From Candidatus Stahliibacteriota bacterium (lineage in GTDB: Bacteria; Hydrothermota; Tepidihabitantia; SM23-42), in NCBI GenBank assembly GCA_030602565.1, contig JAUVZL010000001.1:47233-111232 (forward strand): a stretch of 64,000 nt of DNA, given 5' to 3'. Below the pieces are notes generated by a model, which saw only the letters and a list, made by a program, of their open reading frames with translations, was not told the DNA's origin and did not search any database. Within the stretch, counting starts at the first letter, position 1, and each line of letters opens with the position of its first letter. Positions 55,800-64,000 of the stretch are shown here, piece after piece. Position numbers and translations under genes: made by a program.

Positions 55800-57104
55800 A
55801 TGCGAATATTATTCTACAACCCGGCAACAACCCAGAAAAGATATGAGTCCTACGAGGCAATAAAAGGAAGCGCCTTTTTCCGCAGACCCAATTATGACGC
55901 AATGCGTCTTTCTTTTCTATCAAAAGCACATGACTTCAGATATTATGATGAACGTATTGAAAAAAAGCCCGAGTTCACACCCGATATGGTCGTTGTCAAC
56001 GTACCTCTTAACCTTTCGCGCTACGTTTCATCGACAATAAGAAAAAACTGGCCGCGGGATACCAAGGTGATCTCATATGGATTTTTCCCAACGCTCTTTC
56101 CTGAACTCAACAAGAAATTCGCCGATAGTACAATAATCGGTGACGTAGCTAATATCTGGAAAAGGATTCTTGCACACGCAGCAAGCGGCAAGCTTTTAAA
56201 GGTATACAACTCAAATCGGAAAGACCAGTTCAGCATTGACCGCACAATCGAAACTAAGTATGGCTTAACCCCGGTACTATCACAACTGAGAACATCCTTT
56301 GGCTGCACGTGCGTCAAACGCAATAAGGATTTCTGCTATGAGAACATCATGTACAAAAAACTGATCCAGTGGGATCTCAACGAGGCAATCCATGCAGTCG
56401 CGCATATAAAGCGGAAAATTGTTTTCTTGCGTGATGATGGTTTCTTTCATGATATTGACTATGCAATTAACTTTATAGAAAAGTGCTGGCGCTTCAAGAA
56501 AATGTGGATATGTCAAAGTACAGGACGATTGTTCGAGCACCCTAAATTGTTTCCTTTACTACGCGACAATGGCGTCCGCATCATACATCTAAAAGAAGAC
56601 TGGTTAGGCAAGGATCTGGTGCACAAAATTGATGACCCAGATTTCCTTAAGGATAAGAAGCGTCAAACCGAACTACTCCATAGTAACAGAATAGCATGTG
56701 GTCTTTTGTTAAGACTTGGTTTTGAAGGTGAAGATTTTACTTTCTATCGAAAATTGCTAAAGTTTCTTCTGAATGTTAAAGTCGATATGGTCAAGGTTAC
56801 TGTCCAGACACCGATGCCGAATACTGAGACCTTTCGGCGATATCAAAAGGATAGTTTCATCGCACAAGACCTGACCCTCTACGATCAATGGATGCCGGTC
56901 GTTCAAATCCCGGGTATGAGCCCACAAGCCCTTTATTCATGGATGGAGTGGTTGCGTGATAGGTTTTATTCCTGGGATTCTATTCTCTACAGAAACATCT
57001 CAGTTTCACCAAGACTCGGCCTTTACAATACTATGCTGTTCAACCTTTTACCTAATCTCTCATATCGTAACAATTTCCTTGAGAAAGTGGGCTATCCGCC
57101 CTAA
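55800..57104 (+). CDS. B12-binding/radical-SAM-like protein with noncanonical cysteine motif
   Basis: The N-terminal architecture resembles B12-binding radical SAM enzymes (MRILFYNP...). At the expected CxxxCxxC position the sequence is GCTCVKRNKDFC (CxC-x7-C). Confidence 0.5.
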   Translation: MRILFYNPATTQKRYESYEAIKGSAFFRRPNYDAMRLSFLSKAHDFRYYDERIEKKPEFTPDMVVVNVPLNLSRYVSSTIRKNWPRDTKVISYGFFPTLFPELNKKFADSTIIGDVANIWKRILAHAASGKLLKVYNSNRKDQFSIDRTIETKYGLTPVLSQLRTSFGCTCVKRNKDFCYENIMYKKLIQWDLNEAIHAVAHIKRKIVFLRDDGFFHDIDYAINFIEKCWRFKKMWICQSTGRLFEHPKLFPLLRDNGVRIIHLKEDWLGKDLVHKIDDPDFLKDKKRQTELLHSNRIACGLLLRLGFEGEDFTFYRKLLKFLLNVKVDMVKVTVQTPMPNTETFRRYQKDSFIAQDLTLYDQWMPVVQIPGMSPQALYSWMEWLRDRFYSWDSILYRNISVSPRLGLYNTMLFNLLPNLSYRNNFLEKVGYPP

Positions 57105-57132
57105 TTACCCGACAAGAACATCGGGCTTAACC

Positions 57133-57816
57133 CTAGGCAAGACCTAGATACTTGTGGACCTGAGGTATTATCCTCACATCATTTAGTCGCTCAAGTGCAG
57201 TCTTCTGAATATCAAGGATATTTGGTATAACACGTTCAAAGACCGGCTGAATAATAAGTGGTATGTTTTTATCTACACCGACGATGATTTCACACACTTT
57301 GTCCAATTCTTGAGGCAATAGATTTTCATTAATCACCATCTTCACGAACACGTTTTTACAGGCGGCTATCATAAGACATTTCTTATGTTCATCCCAGAGT
57401 TTGGGACGTCCTGTTGCCGTAGGGATCTTGAAATCCAGTGATACCGTATTTATGTACTTAATGAGCTTCTTAAGTTCACCAGGCAAAGCACCGTTGGTGT
57501 CGATACAGATATCCTTTTTCATCTGCCGAATCTTCTTACATAAGCCGTCAAGAAACTCTATTTGCAACAAGGGTTCCCCACCGGTGATACTGATTTCGTC
57601 AGCATCCAGTTTATCAAGGAGAAAATCTACTTCAACCGGGTTAGGCGATAGTTCTCCAGCATAGACAAAAGGACCTTCCATTTTTTGAGTGTTTGGTGTA
57701 TCGCAATAATTACAGGAAAGGTTACAGCCCAAGAATCTTATAAAGGTCTGCCGCTTCCCCACCTTAATGCCTTCACCCTGGATAGATGTAAATATTTCTT
57801 TAATATAACCCTTCAT
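57133..57816 (-). CDS. queE: 7-carboxy-7-deazaguanine synthase
   Basis: IFTSIQGEG and CNLSCNYCDT match the QueE radical-SAM cluster motif. The start is set at Met 57816 (MKGYIKEIF), which aligns with QueE N-termini and has an AAGGAA SD. Confidence 0.8.
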   Translation of the reverse strand: MKGYIKEIFTSIQGEGIKVGKRQTFIRFLGCNLSCNYCDTPNTQKMEGPFVYAGELSPNPVEVDFLLDKLDADEISITGGEPLLQIEFLDGLCKKIRQMKKDICIDTNGALPGELKKLIKYINTVSLDFKIPTATGRPKLWDEHKKCLMIAACKNVFVKMVINENLLPQELDKVCEIIVGVDKNIPLIIQPVFERVIPNILDIQKTALERLNDVRIIPQVHKYLGLA

Positions 57817-57833
57817 ATTTCCTTGAAAAAATC

Positions 57834-58391
57834 TCATTTAACCCATTTTACTTTACAACGTGCCTTATCAATGTTTGCATGCTCATCTTTGTACTTAGCC
57901 ATGACTTGTTCGGCAAACTTGTGCGGATCAATATCAAAGTCTTTCAAACCCTTTGTCTTCACCGGCGTATTATCAGACACAATATTAATACCAAAGTGTA
58001 TGAGTGAAGATAACGGGGTTACTGTTGCAATGGAAATCGACAGCTTGGCATCGCCATCATACAAATCACTACCTCGCCTTGTAATGTTAGTGTCACGGCA
58101 CATCTCATCCAAGACTTCGCCAATAATGGTGGTCAAGACAAGTTGCCTCAGTACTGCTTTTTCAAGATCCGTATCATGGTGTTCTATAATGAAATGCAAC
58201 ATCGACTCAGAGTATATTTTTGCATCGGCTTTGACATCTTCAATATCAGCCATCTGCTCAGTCGGAATATCACACTTGCCACAAAAAGCAATGATTGAAT
58301 CGCCAAACAAGTCAAATTCAGTATATGCATAATTGCTGTGTAATTGTGCACCAGTATAGGCTATCTCTTGCTTAATATATTTCGTTTTCAT
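57834..58391 (-). CDS. hypothetical protein (185 aa) translationally coupled between TPR gene and queE
   Basis: An ATGA overlap with the upstream TPR gene. No QueC/QueD/FolE motifs are recognised. Confidence 0.4.
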   Translation of the reverse strand: MKTKYIKQEIAYTGAQLHSNYAYTEFDLFGDSIIAFCGKCDIPTEQMADIEDVKADAKIYSESMLHFIIEHHDTDLEKAVLRQLVLTTIIGEVLDEMCRDTNITRRGSDLYDGDAKLSISIATVTPLSSLIHFGINIVSDNTPVKTKGLKDFDIDPHKFAEQVMAKYKDEHANIDKARCKVKWVK

Positions 58392-58645
58392 TCTTCAACT
58401 AACTTAATAAGGTGTTCCTGAGCTGATTTGTAATCCGGGTTTAGCTTCAAGACGAGCCTGAACGAATCACGTGCTTTGTCTTTTTCGTTCAAGCCTTCGT
58501 ATGCCATACCCAAATTGTAGTACAGCTCAGGATTCATCTTGTTTATCTTTTCAGCTCTTTTCAGAATCTTGATAGCCTCTTCAAACTTTTGGCTCAGAGT
58601 ATAGAAATTGCCCAGCTCAAGGAGATCATCGAATTCTTGATTCAT
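58388..58645 (-). CDS. small TPR-repeat protein (paralog of 44518-44817)
   Basis: ELYYNLGMAYEGLNEKDKA matches ELYYNLGLAYEGANKLLKA. Confidence 0.55.
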   Translation of the reverse strand: MNQEFDDLLELGNFYTLSQKFEEAIKILKRAEKINKMNPELYYNLGMAYEGLNEKDKARDSFRLVLKLNPDYKSAQEHLIKLVEE

Positions 58646-59328
58646 AGCTTCTCGATCTTTTCGAGGTCTTCGTTTTTACCGAGCATGATCAATACGTCAC
58701 CTGATATTACCTCGTCATTACCACCCGGACCAACAACAATCTCCTCTTTGAAATCTGTTGAGCCATCGGGTAGGGTAATCGGCAACTTTCGCTTAATAGC
58801 AATCACACTTACCTTGAATTTCTCACGCATTTTCAATTCACTAAGGGTTCTATTAACAAGTTTCTTAGGGATAACCATTTCGATTATGCCATAGGTTTTT
58901 GAGAGCTCGATAAAATCAAAGATCTTTGGACTGGCAATACTCTCAGCGAGTCTTTCAGCCATTTCTCTTTCCGGGAAGATGATTCGATCAGCCCCAACTT
59001 TCCTTAAGATTTTAGAGTGCAGCTCACTTTTTGCCTTTACGATCACTTTCCTCAAACCCATTTCTTTCAATGACAAGGTGATCATAATACTATCTTCAAT
59101 AGTCTCACCCATACTCACTATTGCCGTGTCAAAATCAGTAATACCGAGTTCTTTCAAACCTTTTTCATCGGTTGCGTCCATGACCACAGCTTGGGAAACA
59201 ATGCCTTCCATTTCTTTAATGCGTTCTTCATCTTCGTCGATAGCCAGGACATCAAAACCTTTTTCGCTTAGTGCCTGGGCAATGCTTGACCCAAAACGGC
59301 CTAATCCTATAACGACAAATTGCTTCAT
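58642..59328 (-). CDS. trkA: Trk/Ktr potassium uptake system NAD-binding subunit (TrkA-N + TrkA-C)
   Basis: VVIGLGRFGSSIAQAL Rossmann motif. Length is 228 aa. Confidence 0.85.
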   Translation of the reverse strand: MKQFVVIGLGRFGSSIAQALSEKGFDVLAIDEDEERIKEMEGIVSQAVVMDATDEKGLKELGITDFDTAIVSMGETIEDSIMITLSLKEMGLRKVIVKAKSELHSKILRKVGADRIIFPEREMAERLAESIASPKIFDFIELSKTYGIIEMVIPKKLVNRTLSELKMREKFKVSVIAIKRKLPITLPDGSTDFKEEIVVGPGGNDEVISGDVLIMLGKNEDLEKIEKL

Positions 59329-59337
59329 TAATTCCTC

Positions 59338-59844
59338 CTAATTACTTGAGATACCGAGTTTTTTCTTCAAATATGGTATCAAACCATTGTTCGTAACTAT
59401 CTCCAAAATAAAATCCGGTAGTTTCTTTGCTTCAATGATTTCATTAGTGCGCATATTTTTAATTATACCGGTTAGTAGGTCAATTTCGATATCATCCTTG
59501 TGCTCAACCTGTTGCGTAATCCCCGGCGCGATAATCACTGGCAGACCCAAATTGATTGCATTCCTGTAGAAAATCCGGGCAAAGGTCTCCGCAACAACAG
59601 CTCTGATACCAAAGTACTTAAGGCAAGTTGCCGCCTGCTCACGGGATGAACCGCAGCCGAAGTTCTTACCGCCGACTATGATATCACCGGGTTTTGCATT
59701 TTTCAGGAATTCAGGATGGACCGCTTCAAAACAATGCTTTGCCATTTCCTCGCGATCTGCGGTAATAGATAGATACTTACCCGGATAGATCACGTCAGTA
59801 TTTATATTATCGCCGAATTTATATACATGTCCCTTAATCAACAT
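59338..59844 (-). CDS. aconitase-family dehydratase small subunit (LeuD-like, short type)
   Basis: MLIKGHVYKFGDNINTDVIYPGKYL. Length is 168 aa. It overlaps the large-subunit gene. Confidence 0.8.
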   Translation of the reverse strand: MLIKGHVYKFGDNINTDVIYPGKYLSITADREEMAKHCFEAVHPEFLKNAKPGDIIVGGKNFGCGSSREQAATCLKYFGIRAVVAETFARIFYRNAINLGLPVIIAPGITQQVEHKDDIEIDLLTGIIKNMRTNEIIEAKKLPDFILEIVTNNGLIPYLKKKLGISSN

Positions 59845-61085
59845 GGTTCAGTTATCTCCCCTTTCAGCGCTGAAGCCGCTACAGTCGCAGGTGATGCCAG
59901 ATAAATAAAAGCTTCAGGACTGCCCATCCGTCCCTTAAAATTGCGATTTGTCGTTGCCAGACAAACCTCTTCAGGAGCAAGTAAACCCTGATGTGCACCG
60001 AGGCAAGGTCCGCAACCTGGATTCAATAGAAGTCCACCGGCTCGGACAAAAATCTCAATGTAGCCTTCATGTAGAGCCTCAAGATAGACTCTGCGTGAAG
60101 CCGGGATCACTAATAACCGTGTGTCTGGATGTACTGTTTTACCCTCTAAAATCTCGGCTGCGGCAGCCAGATCTTCTAACCTCCCATTAGTACACGACCC
60201 GATTAATGCCTGATCAATCTTTAGGCCGGTTACTTCACTAACCGGTTTGACATTGTCAACTGAATGTGGACAGGCAACTTGACTCGTTAAGCTACTAACA
60301 TCGACATTCAATTCACCACTATATTCAACATCTTGATCAGGTAAGATAACCTGGAAATGCTTGTCGGTCCTCTGCTTTAGATAAGCTATGGTTTGTTCAT
60401 CCGGGGGCACAAACGCGACTTTTGCCCCCATCTCCATAGACAGGTTGGAAAGAACCAAGCGTGACGCGATAGTCATATGAGATATTATTTCACCATGGAA
60501 TTCTACTGCCTGGTAATTGGCTCCATCCGCACCCAATATCCCGATAATATGCAAGATAAGATCCTTTGCCGTTACACAAGGTTTGAATTTACCACTTACA
60601 TTAATCTTTATTGATTCTGGTACGCGCAACCATAGTTCTCCGGTTGCCCAAACGCCCGCCATTTCCGTAGCACCAATCCCGGTCGCAAAAGTGCCAAAAG
60701 CACCATGTGTTGTTGTATGAGAATCAGTGCCTACTAAGACCTCGCCAGGTAAATCATGCCCAAATTCCACTAAAACCTGGTGACAAATCCCTTCTTTCAA
60801 ATCATAGAAGTGTTTGATCTGCTGTTCTTTTACAAATGCCCGTAAACGACGATGAGTAGCTGCGGTCCTTTCACTATCTGCAGGTATACGGTGATCAAAG
60901 AGTATGACAATTCTCTCCTTATCCCAAACTTTTTTAACACCGATTTCATTAAACGACCTTAATACAACATCGGCATTTTCATGGGACATAGCCACATCAA
61001 CTCTTGCCATGACGATTTCGTTAGGAGATACTACTTTTTTACCTGACGCCTTAGCTAATATCTTCTCAGCGATAGTTTTATTCAT
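59838..61085 (-). CDS. aconitase-family dehydratase large subunit (LeuC-like, ~415 aa archaeal-type)
   Basis: N-terminus MNKTIAEKILAKASGKK. Cys ligand motifs are present (GSCTNGR, CGPCLG). Confidence 0.85.
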   Translation of the reverse strand: MNKTIAEKILAKASGKKVVSPNEIVMARVDVAMSHENADVVLRSFNEIGVKKVWDKERIVILFDHRIPADSERTAATHRRLRAFVKEQQIKHFYDLKEGICHQVLVEFGHDLPGEVLVGTDSHTTTHGAFGTFATGIGATEMAGVWATGELWLRVPESIKINVSGKFKPCVTAKDLILHIIGILGADGANYQAVEFHGEIISHMTIASRLVLSNLSMEMGAKVAFVPPDEQTIAYLKQRTDKHFQVILPDQDVEYSGELNVDVSSLTSQVACPHSVDNVKPVSEVTGLKIDQALIGSCTNGRLEDLAAAAEILEGKTVHPDTRLLVIPASRRVYLEALHEGYIEIFVRAGGLLLNPGCGPCLGAHQGLLAPEEVCLATTNRNFKGRMGSPEAFIYLASPATVAASALKGEITEPC

Positions 61086-61189
61086 CAGAAATCATTGTAG
61101 TCGCTCAATTCATTGAGCAGCCTGATAAACCTGTCCTGAACGCAGTTGAAGGATCAGGCAACTACATTTTTGAAAATCAGATTCATCAA

Positions 61190-61375
61190 AAGCGTTTAAT
61201 CCGTTAGTTCCGTCCCAATTGAATATGCTTCGCATTCCACGGGATAAATTATTATCGTTATTTTTTACGAGTACGATGTATCCCGATTTTTCATATTGAT
61301 ACATATAATGATCGGTAATCGAGGATCCCGCTTTGCGGGACGATTCACGAATACGATATTCTCCGTTTCGATCGT
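61190..61375. repeat. CGTATTCGTAAATCG-family dispersed repeat (copy 3, reverse orientation) with internal ~65-bp insertion containing hairpin TCCCGCAAAGCGGGA
   Basis: The rc reads cgatcgaaacggagaatatcgtattcgtgaatcg...tcgtactcgtaaaaaataacgataataatttatcccgtggaatgcgaagcatattcaattgggacggaactaacgg. Confidence 0.65.
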
Positions 61376-61480
61376 TTATCTGGGTTGTCTTCAGCCAAAG
61401 GCGTGCCTGCAGTCCGCCATATTGTGTGGCGGACGTGTCTTCAATCCGCCGTTGGTGGATGTGTCTCCAGCGCAGCGTGT

Positions 61481-62245
61481 TCATTCCGTTAAATCTCTTT
61501 CCCATGGTCCGTCGTAGGTAACTTCTTGTTCACACATACGGCGCATAGGTTTCTGCGTCGTCATTTCCTCGTACACATGTGCGATAAGACCAGCACATCG
61601 ACCAATTAAAAAGAAAGCTTTACCAAGTTTCCAATCAAACCCCATATCTGATATGATCGCGGCGATTGCGCCGTCGACATTTATGGGTAGTGCTTTTCCC
61701 TTAGCGAATTCTTCTTTCAGCGCAAGGCTCAGCTTCATGTGTTCTTTACTGATTTTTAAATCATCAGCCATTTCATAGAGCCGTTTGGTTCGCGGGTCGT
61801 TTTTATGGAGGCGATGACCAAATCCGGGCATGCGTCTACGTTGTTCTTTTAAGTCTGCCAATAATTTCTGTGCTGTTTGTTCAAAACTCCACTCATTTTT
61901 ATTCATCAATTTTACCCACTCCTGAAGGATTCTTGCACCATCTTCAATTGCTCCACCGTGGACATCACCAACTGCCAAAATTCCAGCAGCTACTGCACTA
62001 GGCAAAGGTACACCAGCTGAGGCAACGATGCGCGCGGCATGTGTTGAAGGTGGAGTAACACTGTGGTCAATTGAGGAAGTAATGATTGCATCGATCATTT
62101 TTGCTTCTTTTTCATCGGGCATTTCCCCCTTAATAAGTAAGAAAAAAACCGATGCAAAAGGAACAGTACCGATCAGATTCTCTTGTCGATACCCTCTCGT
62201 CACAATATGATCTGGTTCAACTTTTGAAATCTTTGTTTGCCACAC
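61481..62245 (-). CDS. citryl-CoA lyase / ATP-citrate lyase C-terminal (citrate synthase-like) domain protein
   Basis: WQTKISKVEPDHIVTRGY...LLIKGEMP...GFGHRLHKNDPR matches the CCL/ACL C-terminal domain. The start is GTG 62245 (MWQTKIS), with AAGGAGG 5 nt upstream. The listed TTG 62296 start would run through the repeat element. Confidence 0.7.
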   Translation of the reverse strand: MWQTKISKVEPDHIVTRGYRQENLIGTVPFASVFFLLIKGEMPDEKEAKMIDAIITSSIDHSVTPPSTHAARIVASAGVPLPSAVAAGILAVGDVHGGAIEDGARILQEWVKLMNKNEWSFEQTAQKLLADLKEQRRRMPGFGHRLHKNDPRTKRLYEMADDLKISKEHMKLSLALKEEFAKGKALPINVDGAIAAIISDMGFDWKLGKAFFLIGRCAGLIAHVYEEMTTQKPMRRMCEQEVTYDGPWERDLTE

Positions 62246-62261
62246 TTCTACCTCCTTAAAA

Positions 62262-62325
62262 ACGTACTCGTAAATCGTGCACCGTATTCGTAACAAATAC
62301 GATCTACGACATATGAATACGAATT
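62262..62325. repeat. CGTATTCGTAAATCG-family dispersed repeat (copy 4)
   Basis: The sequence reads cgtactcgtaaatcgtgcaccgtattcgtaacaaatacgatctacgacatatgaatacgaatt. Confidence 0.6.
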
Positions 62326-62449
62326 ATCCTCACATTTATTGCCTTCTTTTGTATTCTTCATTCTTCTCAAGCCATCCCCACATATTTCCCATCGCTCTTT
62401 GTCATTAATCGCCTTCTTAAGCCTTTTTCTGTACGTTCTCTGCGCCATC

Positions 62450-63343
62450 TTATGCCTTCTCATGCTTTGTTCTGCCTTCTAAAGCCCTCTTAATAAGTAC
62501 CGGTATCTCGCTCAGTGTTTCCGCAAGTATTGCGCCGTGCTTTTGTAAAGCCTCAATCTTGCTTTTCGCAGTACCCATATTACCCTCAATGATCGCACCA
62601 GCATGACCGAGCCGCTTACCTTGAGGTGCTGCCTTCCCTGTTATATAGGCAATAACTGGCTTTGACATATGTTCAATAAAAGGAGCTGCTAATTCTTCAT
62701 AAACCCCACCGATTTCACCGGCCATCACAACCGCATCGGTCCCAGGGTCATTTTCAAACAATCGCAATATATCCTCGTAGTTTGCTCCCAGGATTGGGTC
62801 GCCACCCAGACCGACTGAAGTCGATTCACCAAAGCCAGCAAGGTTTAGAGAATTTGCCAAATAATATGTCACTGCGCCGCTCCGTGCAACCGTACCTATG
62901 CGTCCAGGTTTGAAGGTGATTCTCGGCAGCATGCCAACGAGTGCTTTACCTGGTGAAATCACGCCCGGCGTATTGCCTCCTATAACAACGACGCCCTTTT
63001 CTTTAGCTTTTTGGCGTGCGTATAGCATATCGTGAATTGGGATGCATTCAGTTATCACAATAACCGTTTTAATACCGGCATCAACTGCCTCGAGTATTGC
63101 ATCCTTAGCAAAACGTGGCGGTACCCAAATGCTTGATACAGCAGCATCTGGATGTTCTTCCATGCACTGGTGTATAGTATCATACACTCTTACACCTTCA
63201 ACTTCCTGACCACCTTTGCCCGGCGTTACCCCACCAGCAATCTTTGTCCCGTATTCGAGCATGAACTTTGTGTGGAGCGATGCATTTCTTCCAGTAATCC
63301 CCTGGACTATCGTTTTCGTTTCATTATCAATAATAATACTCAT
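62450..63343 (-). CDS. succinyl-CoA synthetase alpha-subunit-like (CoA-binding + CoA-ligase; ACL alpha-like) protein
   Basis: IVQGITGRNASLHTKFMLEYGTKIAGGVTPGKGG matches SucD. The phospho-His loop GHAGAI is present. No beta-subunit gene is adjacent. Confidence 0.85.
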   Translation of the reverse strand: MSIIIDNETKTIVQGITGRNASLHTKFMLEYGTKIAGGVTPGKGGQEVEGVRVYDTIHQCMEEHPDAAVSSIWVPPRFAKDAILEAVDAGIKTVIVITECIPIHDMLYARQKAKEKGVVVIGGNTPGVISPGKALVGMLPRITFKPGRIGTVARSGAVTYYLANSLNLAGFGESTSVGLGGDPILGANYEDILRLFENDPGTDAVVMAGEIGGVYEELAAPFIEHMSKPVIAYITGKAAPQGKRLGHAGAIIEGNMGTAKSKIEALQKHGAILAETLSEIPVLIKRALEGRTKHEKA

Positions 63344-63430
63344 AATTGCTTAGTTAAATAATTCAATCATATTTCCACCTTTTATTTCATGCGTTTTAGA
63401 TACTTAATATAGCCATTTATACCTTTGAGC

Positions 63431-63470
63431 AATTTAACCTTTTAACCATATAACCATTCAACCATTATAG
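63431..63470. promoter_or_regulatory. tandem AACCATT repeats upstream of the sucD-like operon (same motif family as 25916-25960)
   Basis: The sequence reads aatttaaccttttaaccatataaccattcaaccattatag. Confidence 0.3.
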
Positions 63471-63537
63471 TCTTTTTCCCCTGTTCCTTCTATTATGACC
63501 AACGCGTTGCATTTTATCATCGAATTCGTGTTACAGA

Positions 63538-64000
63538 TTATTTGATTATTACGATTTTTTCAACCACACGTAGGTCATTATCGTTTTGGATATCAACAAA
63601 GTATACGCCACTGGGTAGATTCTTCCCTCTTCTATTGCAGATGTTTACACTACCAGAGAAGCCTTTTTCAAATGTCAGTTCTTGCCTATCAATAACTCGC
63701 CCCGTGCAATCATATATCTTCACAATAAGGACATGACTGCCTTCGGGAACCACAAGCACTAGCTGTCGAATATCTTTTATGACTGAGTTTCTTACAAATG
63801 GTGGTGAGTTTTTGTCTTGATCTTTTTGAATTACGTCTATACGTACACTGTCGGAAAATTCCGATTCGTTGCCTAAAGAATCATAAGCGGTAAGCTTATA
63901 TTCATATCTATACATACGCTGGACAGTTGTGTCAAGATGAGTGGTATCTGTTGGGCTGCTATTTTCGGCTATTATCCCCCAGCTACTCCATTGGGGTGGA
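63538..64000 (-). CDS. secreted protein with C-terminal T9SS-type sorting domain, partial (5' end beyond window)
   Basis: The reading frame is open from the window edge (…PPQWSSWGIIAENSSPTDTTHLDTTVQR MYRYEYK…). The C-terminus LVVPEGSHVLIVKIYDCTGRVIDRQ...GVYFVDI...IVIIK is CTD-like. The track's Met at 63915 is internal. Confidence 0.7.
   Translation of the reverse strand, partial: PPQWSSWGIIAENSSPTDTTHLDTTVQRMYRYEYKLTAYDSLGNESEFSDSVRIDVIQKDQDKNSPPFVRNSVIKDIRQLVLVVPEGSHVLIVKIYDCTGRVIDRQELTFEKGFSGSVNICNRRGKNLPSGVYFVDIQNDNDLRVVEKIVIIK

Noticed and set aside
61110-61505. 131-aa ORF between leuC-like and CCL-like genes
   Set aside because: It overlaps repeat copy 3 (rc of the CGTATTCGTAAATCG family) and has no SD. 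This is non-coding intergenic repeat sequence.
62246-62463. 71-aa ORF and the TTG-extended N-terminus of the CCL-like gene
   Set aside because: The region is repeat copy 4. A GTG at 62245 with an AAGGAGG SD gives an N-terminus (MWQTKISKVEPD) matching ACL/CCL homologs, so the upstream extension and the 71-aa ORF are spurious.

Overview
This is a 64-kb chromosomal window from an AT-rich, uncultured-type bacterium. Several large secreted proteins carry T9SS-like C-terminal sorting domains, which points towards the FCB/Fibrobacteres-like or related candidate phyla. The window opens with the origin-proximal gene block rnpA(partial)-yidD-yidC-jag-mnmE. The rest is mostly housekeeping genes: hisS, valS, ligA, mutM, nadB, ispD-dxr-rseP, the phoH-like/7TMR-HD/ybeY/corC block, gmk/yicC/dtd, a queE operon, and a leuCD-like pair with a CCL-like and a sucD-like gene. 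There are two tRNAs on the minus strand, Ala-CGC and Gly-TCC. The non-housekeeping content is: (1) a repeat-rich accessory segment at about 11.5-15 kb. It holds a MITE family with 16-bp terminal inverted repeats and 7-bp target-site duplications, found in two copies that bracket an HhH-GPD glycosylase-like gene. Each copy sits directly upstream of a perfect sigma70 promoter. The segment also has a candidate sRNA with promoter and intrinsic terminator, a 39-bp inverted-repeat pair, and operator-like palindromes. (2) A second family of modular intergenic repeats, with CCTAAATACCTAAA and CGTATTCGTAAATCG modules, at five or more loci. (3) An unusually high density of perfect TTGACA-16-TATAAT promoters, several of them positioned for leaderless mRNAs (valS, nadB, an HTH protein and a 39-aa small ORF). 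(4) A putative extracellular nucleic-acid scavenging operon: a secreted EEP nuclease with T9SS CTD, a UshA-like 5'-nucleotidase and two outer-membrane barrels. (5) An Lpp-like coiled-coil lipoprotein next to a coiled-coil double-LysM protein. (6) Several degenerate or noncanonical enzyme homologs: an EIIA-like domain with His replaced by Arg, and a B12/radical-SAM-like protein lacking CxxxCxxC. (7) A split ATP-citrate-lyase-like pair, sucD-like plus citryl-CoA-lyase-like. (8) Two unannotated zinc-ribbon microproteins. No CRISPR array or rRNA is present.
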